Positions 26,186-36,245 of a stretch of 38,776 nt of DNA are shown piece by piece. Every line of letters starts with the position of its first letter. Position 1 is the stretch's first letter. A model generated the notes under the pieces. It searched no databases. It was not told where the DNA came from and was given only the letters and a program-made list of their open reading frames with translations. The DNA lies in the NCBI GenBank assembly GCA_902780115.1, contig CACZEJ010000001.1:1-38776 (forward strand). The letters run 5' to 3'. The DNA is from Ruminococcus flavefaciens (lineage in GTDB: Bacteria; Bacillota; Clostridia; Oscillospirales; Ruminococcaceae). Position numbers and translations under genes: made by a program.

Positions 26186-26211
26186 ATTAGAGCTCCTTTA
26201 ATGCAGCTGTA

Positions 26212-27573
26212 TCAGAGGAAGATGTACTTCAGAATGAACAGAACTGCGAGAACGTACATTATAGGATTGATCTCCTTGCGCTTTCCGCAGGCAAGATTGA
26301 TGATAACGTAAGAGATAACGCCGATAGCGATGCCCTCTGAGATGCTGTAGAACAGCGGCATAGCAATAACGCAGAGGTATGCAGGGATTGCCGAAGTGTA
26401 GTTCTTTTCGTCTACCTTTATCTCGGAAACAGTGCTGAACATGAGGAATCCCACGAGTATCAGCGCAGGAGCTGTTGCAAATGCGGGGATAGAGATGAAT
26501 ATTGGTGCGAGGAACATTGAGAGCAGGAACAGTACGGCTGTTGTGAGAGCTGTAAGACCTGTTCTTCCGCCTGCGGCTGTACCTGCGGAGGACTCAACGA
26601 AGGTAGTGGTCGTAGATGTACCGAATACAGCGCCTGCTGTAGTTGCCACAGCGTCTGCCATAAGAGCCGGTCTGATAGCAGGGAGCTTGCCTTCCTTGTC
26701 GAGAAGTCCTGCCTTTGTGCTGACACCGATGAGAGTTCCGAGGGTGTCGAAGAGGTCAACGAACAGGAACGAGAATATTACTACGACAAAGTTGAATATG
26801 CCTACCGAGTTCATATCCACATCGAAGCATTCGCCGAATGTTTCGCCGAGCTTTGAGAAGTCGGTCATGTGGAATGAAGGGATAAGCGTATAGAAGCCAG
26901 CCTCTGCATCGGGAGCGTATATGCCTGTGAGTTCACAAAGTATTCCCAGCAGCCATGTGATAACGATACCGATAAGGATAGCGCCCTTGACCTTTTTGAT
27001 GTAGAGTATGGACATTATGAGAAGTCCGATAACTGCAAGGAGTGCGCATACGCCTGCGGTGCTGAAATTCTCAGTGAAATCGGTGAGAGTAACAAGAGTT
27101 GCGGAATCAACTGCAAGTCCTGCGTTCTGGAGACCGATGAAGGCGATGAACAGTCCGATGCCCACGGATACCGCGCGTTTCAGGGAAAGGGGGATCGCAT
27201 CGAAAATGGCTTCTCTTACCTTTGTAAGGGAAAGTACGATGAAGATGATGCCCTCGATGAATACTGCAAGGAGAGCCACCTGCCACGAATAGCCAAGGTT
27301 TCCGCATACAGTATATGCCATATATGCATTAAGACCCATGCCTGCCGAGAGTGCGAACGGGAGATTTGCCATGAATGCCATGCATACAGTTCCGACAAAG
27401 GACGCAAGGCAGGTAGCAAGAAGAACTGCGGTGCTGTCCATGCCTGTGGACGAAAGTACATTGGGGTTTACGGCGAGAATGTACGCCATAGTCATAAATG
27501 TGGTTATACCTGCGGCGATCTCTGTCTTGACATCGGTGCCGCGTTCCTTCAGCTTAAATAACTTTTCAACCAT
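26212..27573 (-). CDS. NCS2/AzgA-family purine (guanine/hypoxanthine) permease
   Basis: AGITTFMTMAYILAVNP, GMGLNAY, GIGLFIAFIGL, DLFDTLGTL, TTFVESSAG..AGGRTGLT; downstream of hpt. Confidence 0.94.
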   Translation of the reverse strand: MVEKLFKLKERGTDVKTEIAAGITTFMTMAYILAVNPNVLSSTGMDSTAVLLATCLASFVGTVCMAFMANLPFALSAGMGLNAYMAYTVCGNLGYSWQVALLAVFIEGIIFIVLSLTKVREAIFDAIPLSLKRAVSVGIGLFIAFIGLQNAGLAVDSATLVTLTDFTENFSTAGVCALLAVIGLLIMSILYIKKVKGAILIGIVITWLLGILCELTGIYAPDAEAGFYTLIPSFHMTDFSKLGETFGECFDVDMNSVGIFNFVVVIFSFLFVDLFDTLGTLIGVSTKAGLLDKEGKLPAIRPALMADAVATTAGAVFGTSTTTTFVESSAGTAAGGRTGLTALTTAVLFLLSMFLAPIFISIPAFATAPALILVGFLMFSTVSEIKVDEKNYTSAIPAYLCVIAMPLFYSISEGIAIGVISYVIINLACGKRKEINPIMYVLAVLFILKYIFL

Positions 27574-27584
27574 TTTTATTTACC

Positions 27585-28136
27585 TCATTCATTGTTAAAT
27601 TCTGCGATATAAGGGAGATTTCTATAGAATTCACCGTAATCGAGACCGTAGCCGATAACGAAATAATCGGGGATAGTGAAAAGCGAGTAGTCTGCTTTCA
27701 GGTCAACGACGCGGCGGTCGGGCTTGTCGAGAAGGGTCATTACTCTGATGGAGAGGGGATTGCGCAGTTTCAAGAGCTTGAGTAGCTCGTTGAGGGTACG
27801 TCCTGTGTCGATGATATCCTCGATTATGATAACGTGGTATTTGCTGATATCATGCTTCAGATCCATGGTTATCTGAACGTGTCCCGAAGATTCTGTTCCC
27901 TCAAAATAGCTCTTTGCAGCCATGAAATCTATCTCGCAGGGGACTTTTACCTCACGGCAGAGGTCTGCCATAAAAATAAAAGCGCCCTTCAGGATACTCA
28001 CGAGGAGTATGGGCGAGCCGTCATAGATGGAATTTATCATTTCACCTGCTTTTTTCAGCTCTGCTTTTATCTCTTCCTCGGAAATGATAACGCGCTTGAT
28101 CTTGCTTTTCCACTCTTCTGTGCTGTCGAAATTCAT
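27585..28136 (-). CDS. hpt: Hypoxanthine phosphoribosyltransferase
   Basis: ILKGAFIFMADL, PRPP motif VIIIEDIIDTGRTL, LLDKP.RR, FVIGYGLDY.E.YRNLPYI. Confidence 0.96.
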   Translation of the reverse strand: MNFDSTEEWKSKIKRVIISEEEIKAELKKAGEMINSIYDGSPILLVSILKGAFIFMADLCREVKVPCEIDFMAAKSYFEGTESSGHVQITMDLKHDISKYHVIIIEDIIDTGRTLNELLKLLKLRNPLSIRVMTLLDKPDRRVVDLKADYSLFTIPDYFVIGYGLDYGEFYRNLPYIAEFNNE

Positions 28137-28169
28137 AATATTCCTCCAATGCTGTTTTAATATACATTT

Positions 28170-28197
28170 ATTATACCATTCTGCGTGATATTGTCAA
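28170..28197 (-). promoter_or_regulatory. SigA promoter of the hpt operon
   Basis: TTGACA-16 bp-TATAAT with TGn extended -10. Confidence 0.75.
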
Positions 28198-28334
28198 TAA
28201 GATAGGCGCATTTTTGACGGAAAATACAATAAAAATTCCATATATGTCTATAGGGAGAGTGATGAAATATGTACAAAGGGCGGAAATACTAATTGTATAT
28301 ATCTACAAAAATATAATTAATTATATATCGCTTA

Positions 28335-28363
28335 TTTACATATTATTATATGCGTGTTATAAT
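28335..28363 (+). promoter_or_regulatory. SigA promoter of the pectinase gene
   Basis: TTTACA-17 bp-TATAAT with TGn extended -10. Confidence 0.7.
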
Positions 28364-28485
28364 TATCCTGTATAGGTGTATATTCTGCGCACCGACTTTC
28401 CCTGTGTCGGAGGGATATTCACCGCAGTTTATGGAAGTTCCGCTTTAGGCAGCGGATATAACCGTTATGAAAAGGAGTAAAAACA

Positions 28486-31400
28486 ATGGTTAGCAGAACA
28501 AAAAAGCTCTCATTGCAGCTTATTGCGTTTGCTTCTGCTCTTGTGGTAATGCTTGCATCATTTGCAGTATTGCCGCGCATCGAAGCCCATGCGGCAGGCA
28601 CTGACCTGTACGTGGGATATTCAGGCAGGAACAACAACTTTTCGACAGTTCAGGCGGCTGTGGACAAGGCTGCAAGTCTCAACCCATCATCAGAATCAAA
28701 CCGTGTGACGATACATATAGCTCCGGGCACTTATCGTCAGCAGGTCATTGTCCAGACACCTTATGTTTCATTCGTAAATGACGAGCCGAGCAAAGGCGAA
28801 GTCGTGCTCACATGGTACTACGGCATAGGCTACAAGTACTACAGCGCTAACTCCAAGGGCTATTATGACGCAAATCTCGCCAATGCGAAGAGCGGCAAGA
28901 ACGTGGCTAATTACCGCTGGGGCGCAACTGTACAGCTCTGGCCGAAGGCTACAAACTTCAAGGCTCAGAATATTACCTTCGAGAATTCCTTCAACCGCTA
29001 CATCACTCAGGAGGAGCTTGCTGACGGTGTTGAGCTTACAGGCGATACCTCCGTCACAAAGATCACTCAGGTGAGAAATAACTGGACTGATGCGAACTCA
29101 AAGGCAGCAACAGAACGTGCAGCAGCTCTTTCCGTTGACACAGGGTATGCCGAGTTCCTCAACTGTAAGTTCCTGTCAAGTCAGGATACTCTCTACACAG
29201 GCGGTTCTCCGCAGTACTACAAGAACTGTCTTATCGAGGGTCAGACAGACTACATCTTCGGCGGAAGCAATGCGGTATTCGACAGCTGCGAGCTCCGCTG
29301 GAAGGGCTACAGCAGCGGTTCTGTAGGCGGCTATATCACTGCTGCAAGAGAGCAGGGAAGTCCTTACACAGGATATCTCTTCAAGGACTGCAAGGTAACT
29401 GCTAATTCTCAGCTCACTGTAAGCGCAGGCTACCTCGGCAGACCGTGGGGTCAGACCGCAAAGGTGCTCTTCGTGAATACAACTCTCCAGAACGGCAACA
29501 TGATAACAGCAGCAGGCTGGACTTCAATGAGCGGCGTTCAGCCCGAGAGCGTTGACGGCTTCAAGGAGAACGGCACTAAGCTCACAAACGGTCAGAGGGT
29601 AGAGCTCTCACAGCGCAAGGGTCATATCGTTTCCGACAGCGACGCTGCAAACATCAATATCAAGAACTATCTGAACGGCTGGACACCTTCTTTCATAAAC
29701 GGTGAAGGAAATTCAAGCGGCAGCAACGACCAGCCATCTTCCAATATCGAGGGAGCTATCAAGACCTGCGGCGGCTGGTTTGAGACTGCCTACGTTGAGT
29801 GGGAAAGCTCAAAGCTGGGAAATAATGTCAAGGTGAGCTATGCTCAGGACGGCAGCTCTGACTATACATCTGTTGATCCTCAGCTCATAAGAGGCACAAG
29901 AGTCGATATTCCCGGACTCAAGGGAAATACTTCTTATACTGTCAGCTTACAGGGTTCAAACGGTTCTGCAAGCTGCAAGATCAAGACTATGGCTCATGAC
30001 CGCAGCGGTTACGCTCACTGGAACAACTCCGAGGGCATAGGAGCTTACAACAACGACGGTACTCTGAAATCAGGAATTACTGTCATCTATGTTACAAATT
30101 CCAACAAGGATACTATCACATGGGGCGGCAAAACAGGTCTGTTCAATATCTTTGATGCAGGTCCGAGCAATGTCTGCTTCAGACTTATCGGCACTATCGA
30201 CGTTCCGTCAGGCGCTAAGGCTAATAACGGTCAGCAGAACGACGGCTCGAATATGCTCTACATGAAGGGCGGCAAGAACGTTACCGTAGAGGGTATCGGC
30301 TACGACGCAAACCTCAATAAATGGGGCTTTGATATGAAGCACTCCACAAGCTGCGAGGTAAGGAACCTCTGGCTGGGTCAGTACCCTGACGACGGTATCT
30401 CAATGTCGGGAGGAAGCACTTCAAAGTCTTCACGCATTTGGGTACACAACACCACAATTGAGAAGGGCTATAACGCTTACGCAGGCAACGGCATCGTTGA
30501 CGACAACAAGGCTGATGGCGACGGCTCTCTCGATATCAAGTGGGCTGAGTACGTAACAGTTTCCTACAACGTATTCAAGGACGCTCACAAGACCTCTCTC
30601 GTAGGAGGCGGCACATCACACGAGCAGGACTGGATAACCTATCACCACAACTGGTTCAACAATACTGAATCTCGTAATCCCCGCGCAAGAAAGGCTCACA
30701 TGCACAGCTATAACAACTACTTCTCCACCAATAAGCAGTACGGTATCGGAGCTTCCTACAATTCAAAGGTATTCTCCGAGGCTAATTATTACGAAAAGAC
30801 CAATCTCCCTCTTGACGCTGTAAATATGGGCAGCGACGCTTATTCGGGAACTATCAAGTCCTGCGGCGACAAGTTCGACAGCTGCAATATGGGCAGCGGT
30901 CTGGCTTACCAGATAGTTTACAACAGAAGCGACAAGGCTTACATAAACAACCTCAAGAGCGGCGGTGCAGGCTACGATAACTTCGATACAGATTCATCGA
31001 AGATATACAGCAGCTACAATGTTCAGTCTGCTGATGCTGCAAAGTCCGAGGTAATGGCTAATGCAGGCAGAATGCAGAACAAGACATACAATGCGGGTAC
31101 AGTTTCCGACGGCAGCGATGTTCCTCCGAGATACGATGAGTATATGAGAAGCACACTTATCGCCCGCCTTGACATCAAGGACGCAAGCTACGGCGCTCAG
31201 TGGTCTATCGCTGAGAGCTATTCGGTAGGCGACAAGGCGTTCGGCGACCGCGAGCACGTTATCGCATCAGTTCCTTCAAGTATTCTCGGCGGAGAGCATA
31301 TCCTAACAGCCTGCAACTCAAAGAATACCGATTCCGATCTTGCTGTACTCACAGCTGCTAAGGATATCACGGTATACGTTGCACTGGATCAGAGAGTAAC

Positions 31401-31911
31401 AAATCCTCCTTCATGGCTGTGGAATATGAGCAAGACAGGCGAGATCGTTGAGATCAACGACAGCGAGGCTGTAAGACCCTTCGATATTTACGCTAAGGAG
31501 CTCAAAGCAGGGGAGACATTCACTCTCGGTACAAACGGTATGAGCGGTGCTTGTATGAACTACACTGCATTTGTTAAGGAGGCAGTCAAGGTGACTACTA
31601 CCACTACGACTACCACCACAACTACAACTACAACAACTACGACCACCACTACCACAGCTCCTCCGCAGTACAATTATCTTGCAGGCGATGCAAACTATGA
31701 TGGCGGTGTAGACCTTTCAGATGTGGTTCTTATCATGCAGGCTCTTGCAAATCCTAACAAGTACGGTCTGAACGGTTCGGAAGAATCACATATCACAGAG
31801 GGCGGGCTCAAAAATGCTGATGTTGAGGGCAATAACGGTCTAACAGCCAACGATGCACTCACGATACAGCTCTATCTGCTTCACCTTGTTGATAAACTTC
31901 CTTTAGACTGA
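28486..31911 (+). CDS. Cellulosomal bifunctional pectinase: signal peptide, CE8 methylesterase, Fn3-like, PL1 lyase, unassigned module, poly-Thr, dockerin
   Basis: CE8 motifs IAPGTY, QDTLY, DYIFG, YLGRPW; PL1 motifs RIWVHN, DG.LDIK, ITYHHNWF, SRNPRAR, HSYNNY; 21 consecutive Thr (31594-31656); dockerin GDANYD...NADV. Confidence 0.92.
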   Translation: MVSRTKKLSLQLIAFASALVVMLASFAVLPRIEAHAAGTDLYVGYSGRNNNFSTVQAAVDKAASLNPSSESNRVTIHIAPGTYRQQVIVQTPYVSFVNDEPSKGEVVLTWYYGIGYKYYSANSKGYYDANLANAKSGKNVANYRWGATVQLWPKATNFKAQNITFENSFNRYITQEELADGVELTGDTSVTKITQVRNNWTDANSKAATERAAALSVDTGYAEFLNCKFLSSQDTLYTGGSPQYYKNCLIEGQTDYIFGGSNAVFDSCELRWKGYSSGSVGGYITAAREQGSPYTGYLFKDCKVTANSQLTVSAGYLGRPWGQTAKVLFVNTTLQNGNMITAAGWTSMSGVQPESVDGFKENGTKLTNGQRVELSQRKGHIVSDSDAANINIKNYLNGWTPSFINGEGNSSGSNDQPSSNIEGAIKTCGGWFETAYVEWESSKLGNNVKVSYAQDGSSDYTSVDPQLIRGTRVDIPGLKGNTSYTVSLQGSNGSASCKIKTMAHDRSGYAHWNNSEGIGAYNNDGTLKSGITVIYVTNSNKDTITWGGKTGLFNIFDAGPSNVCFRLIGTIDVPSGAKANNGQQNDGSNMLYMKGGKNVTVEGIGYDANLNKWGFDMKHSTSCEVRNLWLGQYPDDGISMSGGSTSKSSRIWVHNTTIEKGYNAYAGNGIVDDNKADGDGSLDIKWAEYVTVSYNVFKDAHKTSLVGGGTSHEQDWITYHHNWFNNTESRNPRARKAHMHSYNNYFSTNKQYGIGASYNSKVFSEANYYEKTNLPLDAVNMGSDAYSGTIKSCGDKFDSCNMGSGLAYQIVYNRSDKAYINNLKSGGAGYDNFDTDSSKIYSSYNVQSADAAKSEVMANAGRMQNKTYNAGTVSDGSDVPPRYDEYMRSTLIARLDIKDASYGAQWSIAESYSVGDKAFGDREHVIASVPSSILGGEHILTACNSKNTDSDLAVLTAAKDITVYVALDQRVTNPPSWLWNMSKTGEIVEINDSEAVRPFDIYAKELKAGETFTLGTNGMSGACMNYTAFVKEAVKVTTTTTTTTTTTTTTTTTTTTTAPPQYNYLAGDANYDGGVDLSDVVLIMQALANPNKYGLNGSEESHITEGGLKNADVEGNNGLTANDALTIQLYLLHLVDKLPLD

Positions 31912-31938
31912 GACTAACGTTATAGAGTTATTATAGAG

Positions 31939-31974
31939 AAAAGCCATAGTATCACTTGGGTACTATGGCTTTTT
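31939..31974. terminator. Bidirectional terminator
   Basis: AAAAGCCATAGTA/TACTATGGCTTTT stem between convergent genes. Confidence 0.8.
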
Positions 31975-32009
31975 ACATTGTTATGTGATTTTCTGTCTGA
32001 CAAGCAGAT

Positions 32010-32735
32010 TCAGTAATTGATATACGTGCCTAATACTTTTCCGTCGCAGCCGCGTATGAGCACATAGCTGGAGCCTTCGCTCCATGAGACTTTATGTACT
32101 GCGCCGTCGTTTCTTGTCCACGAAGCAGGAATGCGGCGTACACGCCAGACATCATAGTCTTCATAATAATCGGCTGAAAACGGCGGATCATCTCTTGTGA
32201 AGCCGATGCCGTCCTGAGGAGCAGGCTCTTTTTCGAGCTGGTCTATGTAATCCTGACCTTTGCACATGAGATAAACATATCTGCCCTTTTCGGCAGCGTC
32301 AACCTCGTCGGTCACAGCGCCGAGATACCTGTCGTCGAGAATGTACTCAGCTTCATATATCATGTAGTTTTCAAGCGTGTAGAATTCAGCTGTTCCATTG
32401 GGAGTACCTACGCCGAATTGATAGTTGTGATCGAACATGACATGAGGAGCTATAATATCGTTTACGGCGGATATAATGGCTTTTTCTTCTGATTCATAGT
32501 CAGGTGCAGTAACTTTTTCGACTAATTCCTGCGCTTTTGTATCGACGATAGCGGGAGAAGTTGCAGTGGTCATGGAAGTAGTCGTTTCAGCTTGAGTTGT
32601 GGCAGCAGTTTCGGTTTCAGCAGCTATGGTAGTTGTAACAGCTGGATCTTCAGCCTTTTTATCTTTGGTATCCTGACTGCACGAAGCAAGAGTGCAAAGA
32701 CCAAGTATGATCGGGAGAATAAGCTTTTTACGCAT
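32010..32735 (-). CDS. Hypothetical lipoprotein, paralog 1
   Basis: Lipobox TLASC, T/A-rich linker; clearly similar to 32765-33535. Confidence 0.85.
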   Translation of the reverse strand: MRKKLILPIILGLCTLASCSQDTKDKKAEDPAVTTTIAAETETAATTQAETTTSMTTATSPAIVDTKAQELVEKVTAPDYESEEKAIISAVNDIIAPHVMFDHNYQFGVGTPNGTAEFYTLENYMIYEAEYILDDRYLGAVTDEVDAAEKGRYVYLMCKGQDYIDQLEKEPAPQDGIGFTRDDPPFSADYYEDYDVWRVRRIPASWTRNDGAVHKVSWSEGSSYVLIRGCDGKVLGTYINY

Positions 32736-32764
32736 TTTTTACCTCTATAGAAATAATTATGTCA

Positions 32765-33535
32765 TCAATACCTGATGCAGCTGCCTAACAGTCTGCCGTC
32801 GCTGCCTCGGATACACATAAATCTCGGACCTTCGCTCCATGCTACGATATGAGGACCTGTTCCGTCTTCACGGGTCCATGTGGGCGAAGTGGGGTAGATG
32901 TACCATGTGTCATATTCATCGTAATACTCGGCTTTGACCGAGGGATTGTCTCTTATATATATCGCACCGTCGCCGCTGTCGGGTTCATCTTCGAGCCAGT
33001 CCATATACTCCTGACCCTTGCCGTTGAGAAGCACATATCTTGCTTTCTCAATGAGATCCTGCTCATCGGCGATGCTGCCGAGTTCTCTGTCAATGGGCAA
33101 ATTCTCGGCTTCATAGACCATATAGCTTTCCAAGTTCTTAAAGTCTATCAGATCACCGTCGGTATCACGGTGCTCAAAAGTGCCGTTTTCCGTACCGTCC
33201 ATATAGAAATATCTGTAGGAGTCCTTGAGCACATTGATAGCTTTAAGTATCTTCTTGTCTTCCTCGTTCGGGTCTGTTGCAGCTTCTGTTTCAGGCTGCT
33301 GTTCCGTGGCTTTTTCGGTTGCTGCGGGAGCAGTTGATGCAGTGATGGAGGCTGTGGTTTTTGCCGCAGTTGTTGTGGTTTTGATTGTGGTTGCTGCTGC
33401 GGTATCAGTTGCAGAGGTTGTGGCTTCGGTTGTGGTAACAGCTGTGTCATTGGTCTTTTCGGCTTTTGTATCCTGACCGCATGAAGCCAGAAGGCACAAA
33501 CCGAGCATGATAGGAATGATGAGCTTTTTACGCAT
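32765..33535 (-). CDS. Hypothetical lipoprotein, paralog 2
   Basis: Lipobox LLASC, T/A-rich linker, GAGGTG RBS. Confidence 0.85.
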   Translation of the reverse strand: MRKKLIIPIMLGLCLLASCGQDTKAEKTNDTAVTTTEATTSATDTAAATTIKTTTTAAKTTASITASTAPAATEKATEQQPETEAATDPNEEDKKILKAINVLKDSYRYFYMDGTENGTFEHRDTDGDLIDFKNLESYMVYEAENLPIDRELGSIADEQDLIEKARYVLLNGKGQEYMDWLEDEPDSGDGAIYIRDNPSVKAEYYDEYDTWYIYPTSPTWTREDGTGPHIVAWSEGPRFMCIRGSDGRLLGSCIRY

Positions 33536-33562
33536 AGTACTTCACCTCGTTATAGTTAGAGT

Positions 33563-33591
33563 AAAAAAAGGCTGCACATTATGTGCAGCCT
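33563..33591 (-). terminator. Terminator of ispH-rpsA
   Basis: AGGCTGCACAT/ATGTGCAGCCT stem followed by T7 on the minus strand. Confidence 0.85.
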
Positions 33592-33604
33592 GATAGTTTA
33601 CTGA

Positions 33605-35575
33605 TTATTCAGCGTCCTCAGAAGCTTCTTCAGCGTCATCTGCGTTCTCGAGAAGAGCGCGCATAGAAATACTGATTCTCTTTGACTCAGGATCAATATC
33701 AATGATCTTAACATCAACCTCGTCGCCTACAGAAAGAACGTCCTTGACATTCTCTACCTTCTGGTCAGCGATCTGTGAGATGTGGATAAGACCGTCAACG
33801 CCGTCAATAATCTGTGCGAATGCACCAAAACTTGTAATAGATACGATAGTAGCCTTGACTACGTCGCCTACCTGATAGTTAGCCTTGAAGATTTCCCATG
33901 GGTTGTCCTCAGCCTTCTTGAAGCCGAGTGAGATGCGGTTAGCTTCCTGATCGAGATCCTTGATGTATACCTCGAGAGTATCGCCAACGTTTACAACTTC
34001 ACTTGGGTGCTTGATGCGCTTCCATGAAAGCTCGGAGATATGTACCATGCCGTCGATGCCGCCGAGATCAACGAATGCACCGAAGCTTGTGAGAGACTTT
34101 ACCTTACCTGTGTAAGTCTTGCCTACCTCAGCTGTCTCCCAGAACTTGGACTTAGCTTCTTCCTTCTTAGCGTTCTGAACAGCCTTGATAGAACCAACAG
34201 CTCTCTTTCTGCCGCCCTCGGAAACTTCGATAACGATGAACTCTACCTTCTTCTTGAGGAGCTGGTCAAGCTCTGCGCCTCTTGGGAGACCTGTGAGTGA
34301 AGCAGGGATAAATACTCTTACGCCGAGAACTGTGAGAGTAACGCCCTTATTAACAACGCTCTGAACGACACCTTCGAGAACTGTGCCTTCCTGCTGAGCC
34401 TTTACGATCTTCTCGTAGCCGGCCTGCTCGTCAACCTTTCTCTTAGAGAGAGCAGCTGTACCCTCTGCGTCGTTTACCTTAATTACAACAAGATCAATCT
34501 CGTCACCAACGCTGACGATGTCAGAAGGCTTCTTTGAAGGATCGTCTGTAAGGTCGTCAAGAGCAACATAACCTGTATGCTTTGTACCAAGGTCAACGAT
34601 AACTTCTGTATTATTTACAGCGATAACTGTGCCTTTAACTTTCTCTCCTGTATGTATTTTTTTGAATGACTCGTCGATAGCCTGAGCGAAATCGATCTCC
34701 TCATCCTGATTAGCTGCAAGAATTTCATTTTCTGCCATTTTGGTTTGTACCTCCTTGATTATATAGGCGGGGGTCGATGCGCCTGCAGTGATGCCGATCT
34801 TCTCGGCATTTGGAAGCTTTAAAGTCCGAAGCTCTTCCGAATTCTCTATATGATACGTTTGACAGTAGCGGCTGCAGACCTCATATAGCTTAACAGTGTT
34901 GGAACTGTGCCTGCCGCCTACAACAAGCATTATATCAGAGTCTTTAGCAAGCTTTGCAGCGTCGGTCTGACGTGCGTCTGTAGCATTGCATATCGTATCG
35001 TAGATGACGATATCGGGATCGTCCTTCGGGAGCACGTTTAAACACTCACCCCATACTACAATATTATACGTCGTTTGCGCCACAATTGCAAGCTTTTTTT
35101 GCAAATTTTTATAATTTTTTTCAAAAAAGGCTTTTAGCTCAAAGTTGTCCTTAAAAACAAGGCAATTTTCGTCACAATGACCAACAATACCCTGCACTTC
35201 AGGGTGTGATGCATCGCCTGCAATAAGGATAAAATAGCCTTCCGCGGACTTTTCGGCAACGATTTTGTGTATGCGTGAAACGAAGGGGCAGGTAGCGTCC
35301 AGCATACGGTTGCCCTTTGCTTTTATCTGGTCGTATATTGCTTTTCCGACACCGTGGGAGCGTATCACGACGGTCTCGTCGGGGCGGAGCTCATCGACGG
35401 AATCTATTATTCTTGCGCCCTTGGACTTCATATCGTTCACAACGTCCTGATTGTGTATGATAGGGCCGAGAGTAGCAACGTTCGTGTTGTTTTCGAGCTC
35501 TCCGTAGACCATTTTCACGGCTCTGTCCACTCCGAAGCAGAACCCTGCTGATTTTGCGACAGTGACCTTACTCAT
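33605..35575 (-). CDS. ispH-rpsA: Fused 4-hydroxy-3-methylbut-2-enyl diphosphate reductase / ribosomal protein S1
   Basis: IspH motifs [50 protein letters not shown]; four S1 repeats ([21 protein letters not shown]). Confidence 0.96.
   Translation of the reverse strand: MSKVTVAKSAGFCFGVDRAVKMVYGELENNTNVATLGPIIHNQDVVNDMKSKGARIIDSVDELRPDETVVIRSHGVGKAIYDQIKAKGNRMLDATCPFVSRIHKIVAEKSAEGYFILIAGDASHPEVQGIVGHCDENCLVFKDNFELKAFFEKNYKNLQKKLAIVAQTTYNIVVWGECLNVLPKDDPDIVIYDTICNATDARQTDAAKLAKDSDIMLVVGGRHSSNTVKLYEVCSRYCQTYHIENSEELRTLKLPNAEKIGITAGASTPAYIIKEVQTKMAENEILAANQDEEIDFAQAIDESFKKIHTGEKVKGTVIAVNNTEVIVDLGTKHTGYVALDDLTDDPSKKPSDIVSVGDEIDLVVIKVNDAEGTAALSKRKVDEQAGYEKIVKAQQEGTVLEGVVQSVVNKGVTLTVLGVRVFIPASLTGLPRGAELDQLLKKKVEFIVIEVSEGGRKRAVGSIKAVQNAKKEEAKSKFWETAEVGKTYTGKVKSLTSFGAFVDLGGIDGMVHISELSWKRIKHPSEVVNVGDTLEVYIKDLDQEANRISLGFKKAEDNPWEIFKANYQVGDVVKATIVSITSFGAFAQIIDGVDGLIHISQIADQKVENVKDVLSVGDEVDVKIIDIDPESKRISISMRALLENADDAEEASEDAE
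35063..35091 (-). promoter_or_regulatory. Internal SigA promoter inside ispH, probably driving the S1 part
   Basis: TTGCAA-17 bp-TATAAT preceded by A/T tracts (35094-35130); in-frame AGGAGGT RBS (34749-34755) and ATG (34738). Confidence 0.7.
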
Positions 35576-36245
35576 TATTTTTTTCCTCCTCGGGAGCAGT
35601 ATCAGCAGAGCTCTCCTCCAGACGCTTCAGGAAGCCTTCTTCGCCCTCCTCGCCGTAAACGAGGCTCTTTATCTCCTCCATGTAGCGGTTTTTGAGCTTT
35701 ACCAGCTGACGGGGATTGGGCTCGTCGCATATCTCGCAGTATTCGGCAGGATCAATGGGAGTGCCGAATTTTATGGTAACGGGAGTACGGAATTTAAGCT
35801 CGTCGCCGTAAACGATGCCGACAGGGATTAGCTTAACGCCCGATCTTGCGGCAATGAGAGCTGCACCGACGTGACCCTTGCCGACCTTGCCGTTCCTGGA
35901 GCGAGTTCCCTCGGGGAATATGATAAGGTTCTTGCCCTTGTTAAGACGGTCGATGGAGATGTCTATTACCTGAGTATCGCCCTTTCCGCGGGATACGGGA
36001 AATGCACCGAACATCTTGATGAATGCGGCAAAGAACTTGTTCCTGAAAAGTTCCTCCTTAGCCATGAATGCAAGCTTTCCCGGTATATGACAGCCGAGGA
36101 ACGGCGGATCGGTATTTGTCCTGTGGTTGCAGACATAGATGAAATTTGTACCGCGCGGTATATCTTTAAGACCTTCGGCGTTGAGTTTGTATAATATCTT
36201 GAAATAGGAACGGAGAATAAACTGAGCAAATTTGAATAATATCAT
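35568..36245 (-). CDS. plsC: 1-acyl-sn-glycerol-3-phosphate acyltransferase
   Basis: NH...D, FMAKEELF, GAFPVSR, FPEGTRS. Confidence 0.94.
   Translation of the reverse strand: MILFKFAQFILRSYFKILYKLNAEGLKDIPRGTNFIYVCNHRTNTDPPFLGCHIPGKLAFMAKEELFRNKFFAAFIKMFGAFPVSRGKGDTQVIDISIDRLNKGKNLIIFPEGTRSRNGKVGKGHVGAALIAARSGVKLIPVGIVYGDELKFRTPVTIKFGTPIDPAEYCEICDEPNPRQLVKLKNRYMEEIKSLVYGEEGEEGFLKRLEESSADTAPEEEKNNE

Noticed and set aside
28137-28260. Purine riboswitch upstream of hpt and the permease
   Set aside because: The promoter lies ~35 bp from the start and no purine aptamer consensus is present.
31594-31656. ACN trinucleotide run as a phase-variable repeat
   Set aside because: Mixed synonymous Thr codons encode an ordinary cellulosomal linker; in-frame changes would not switch expression.
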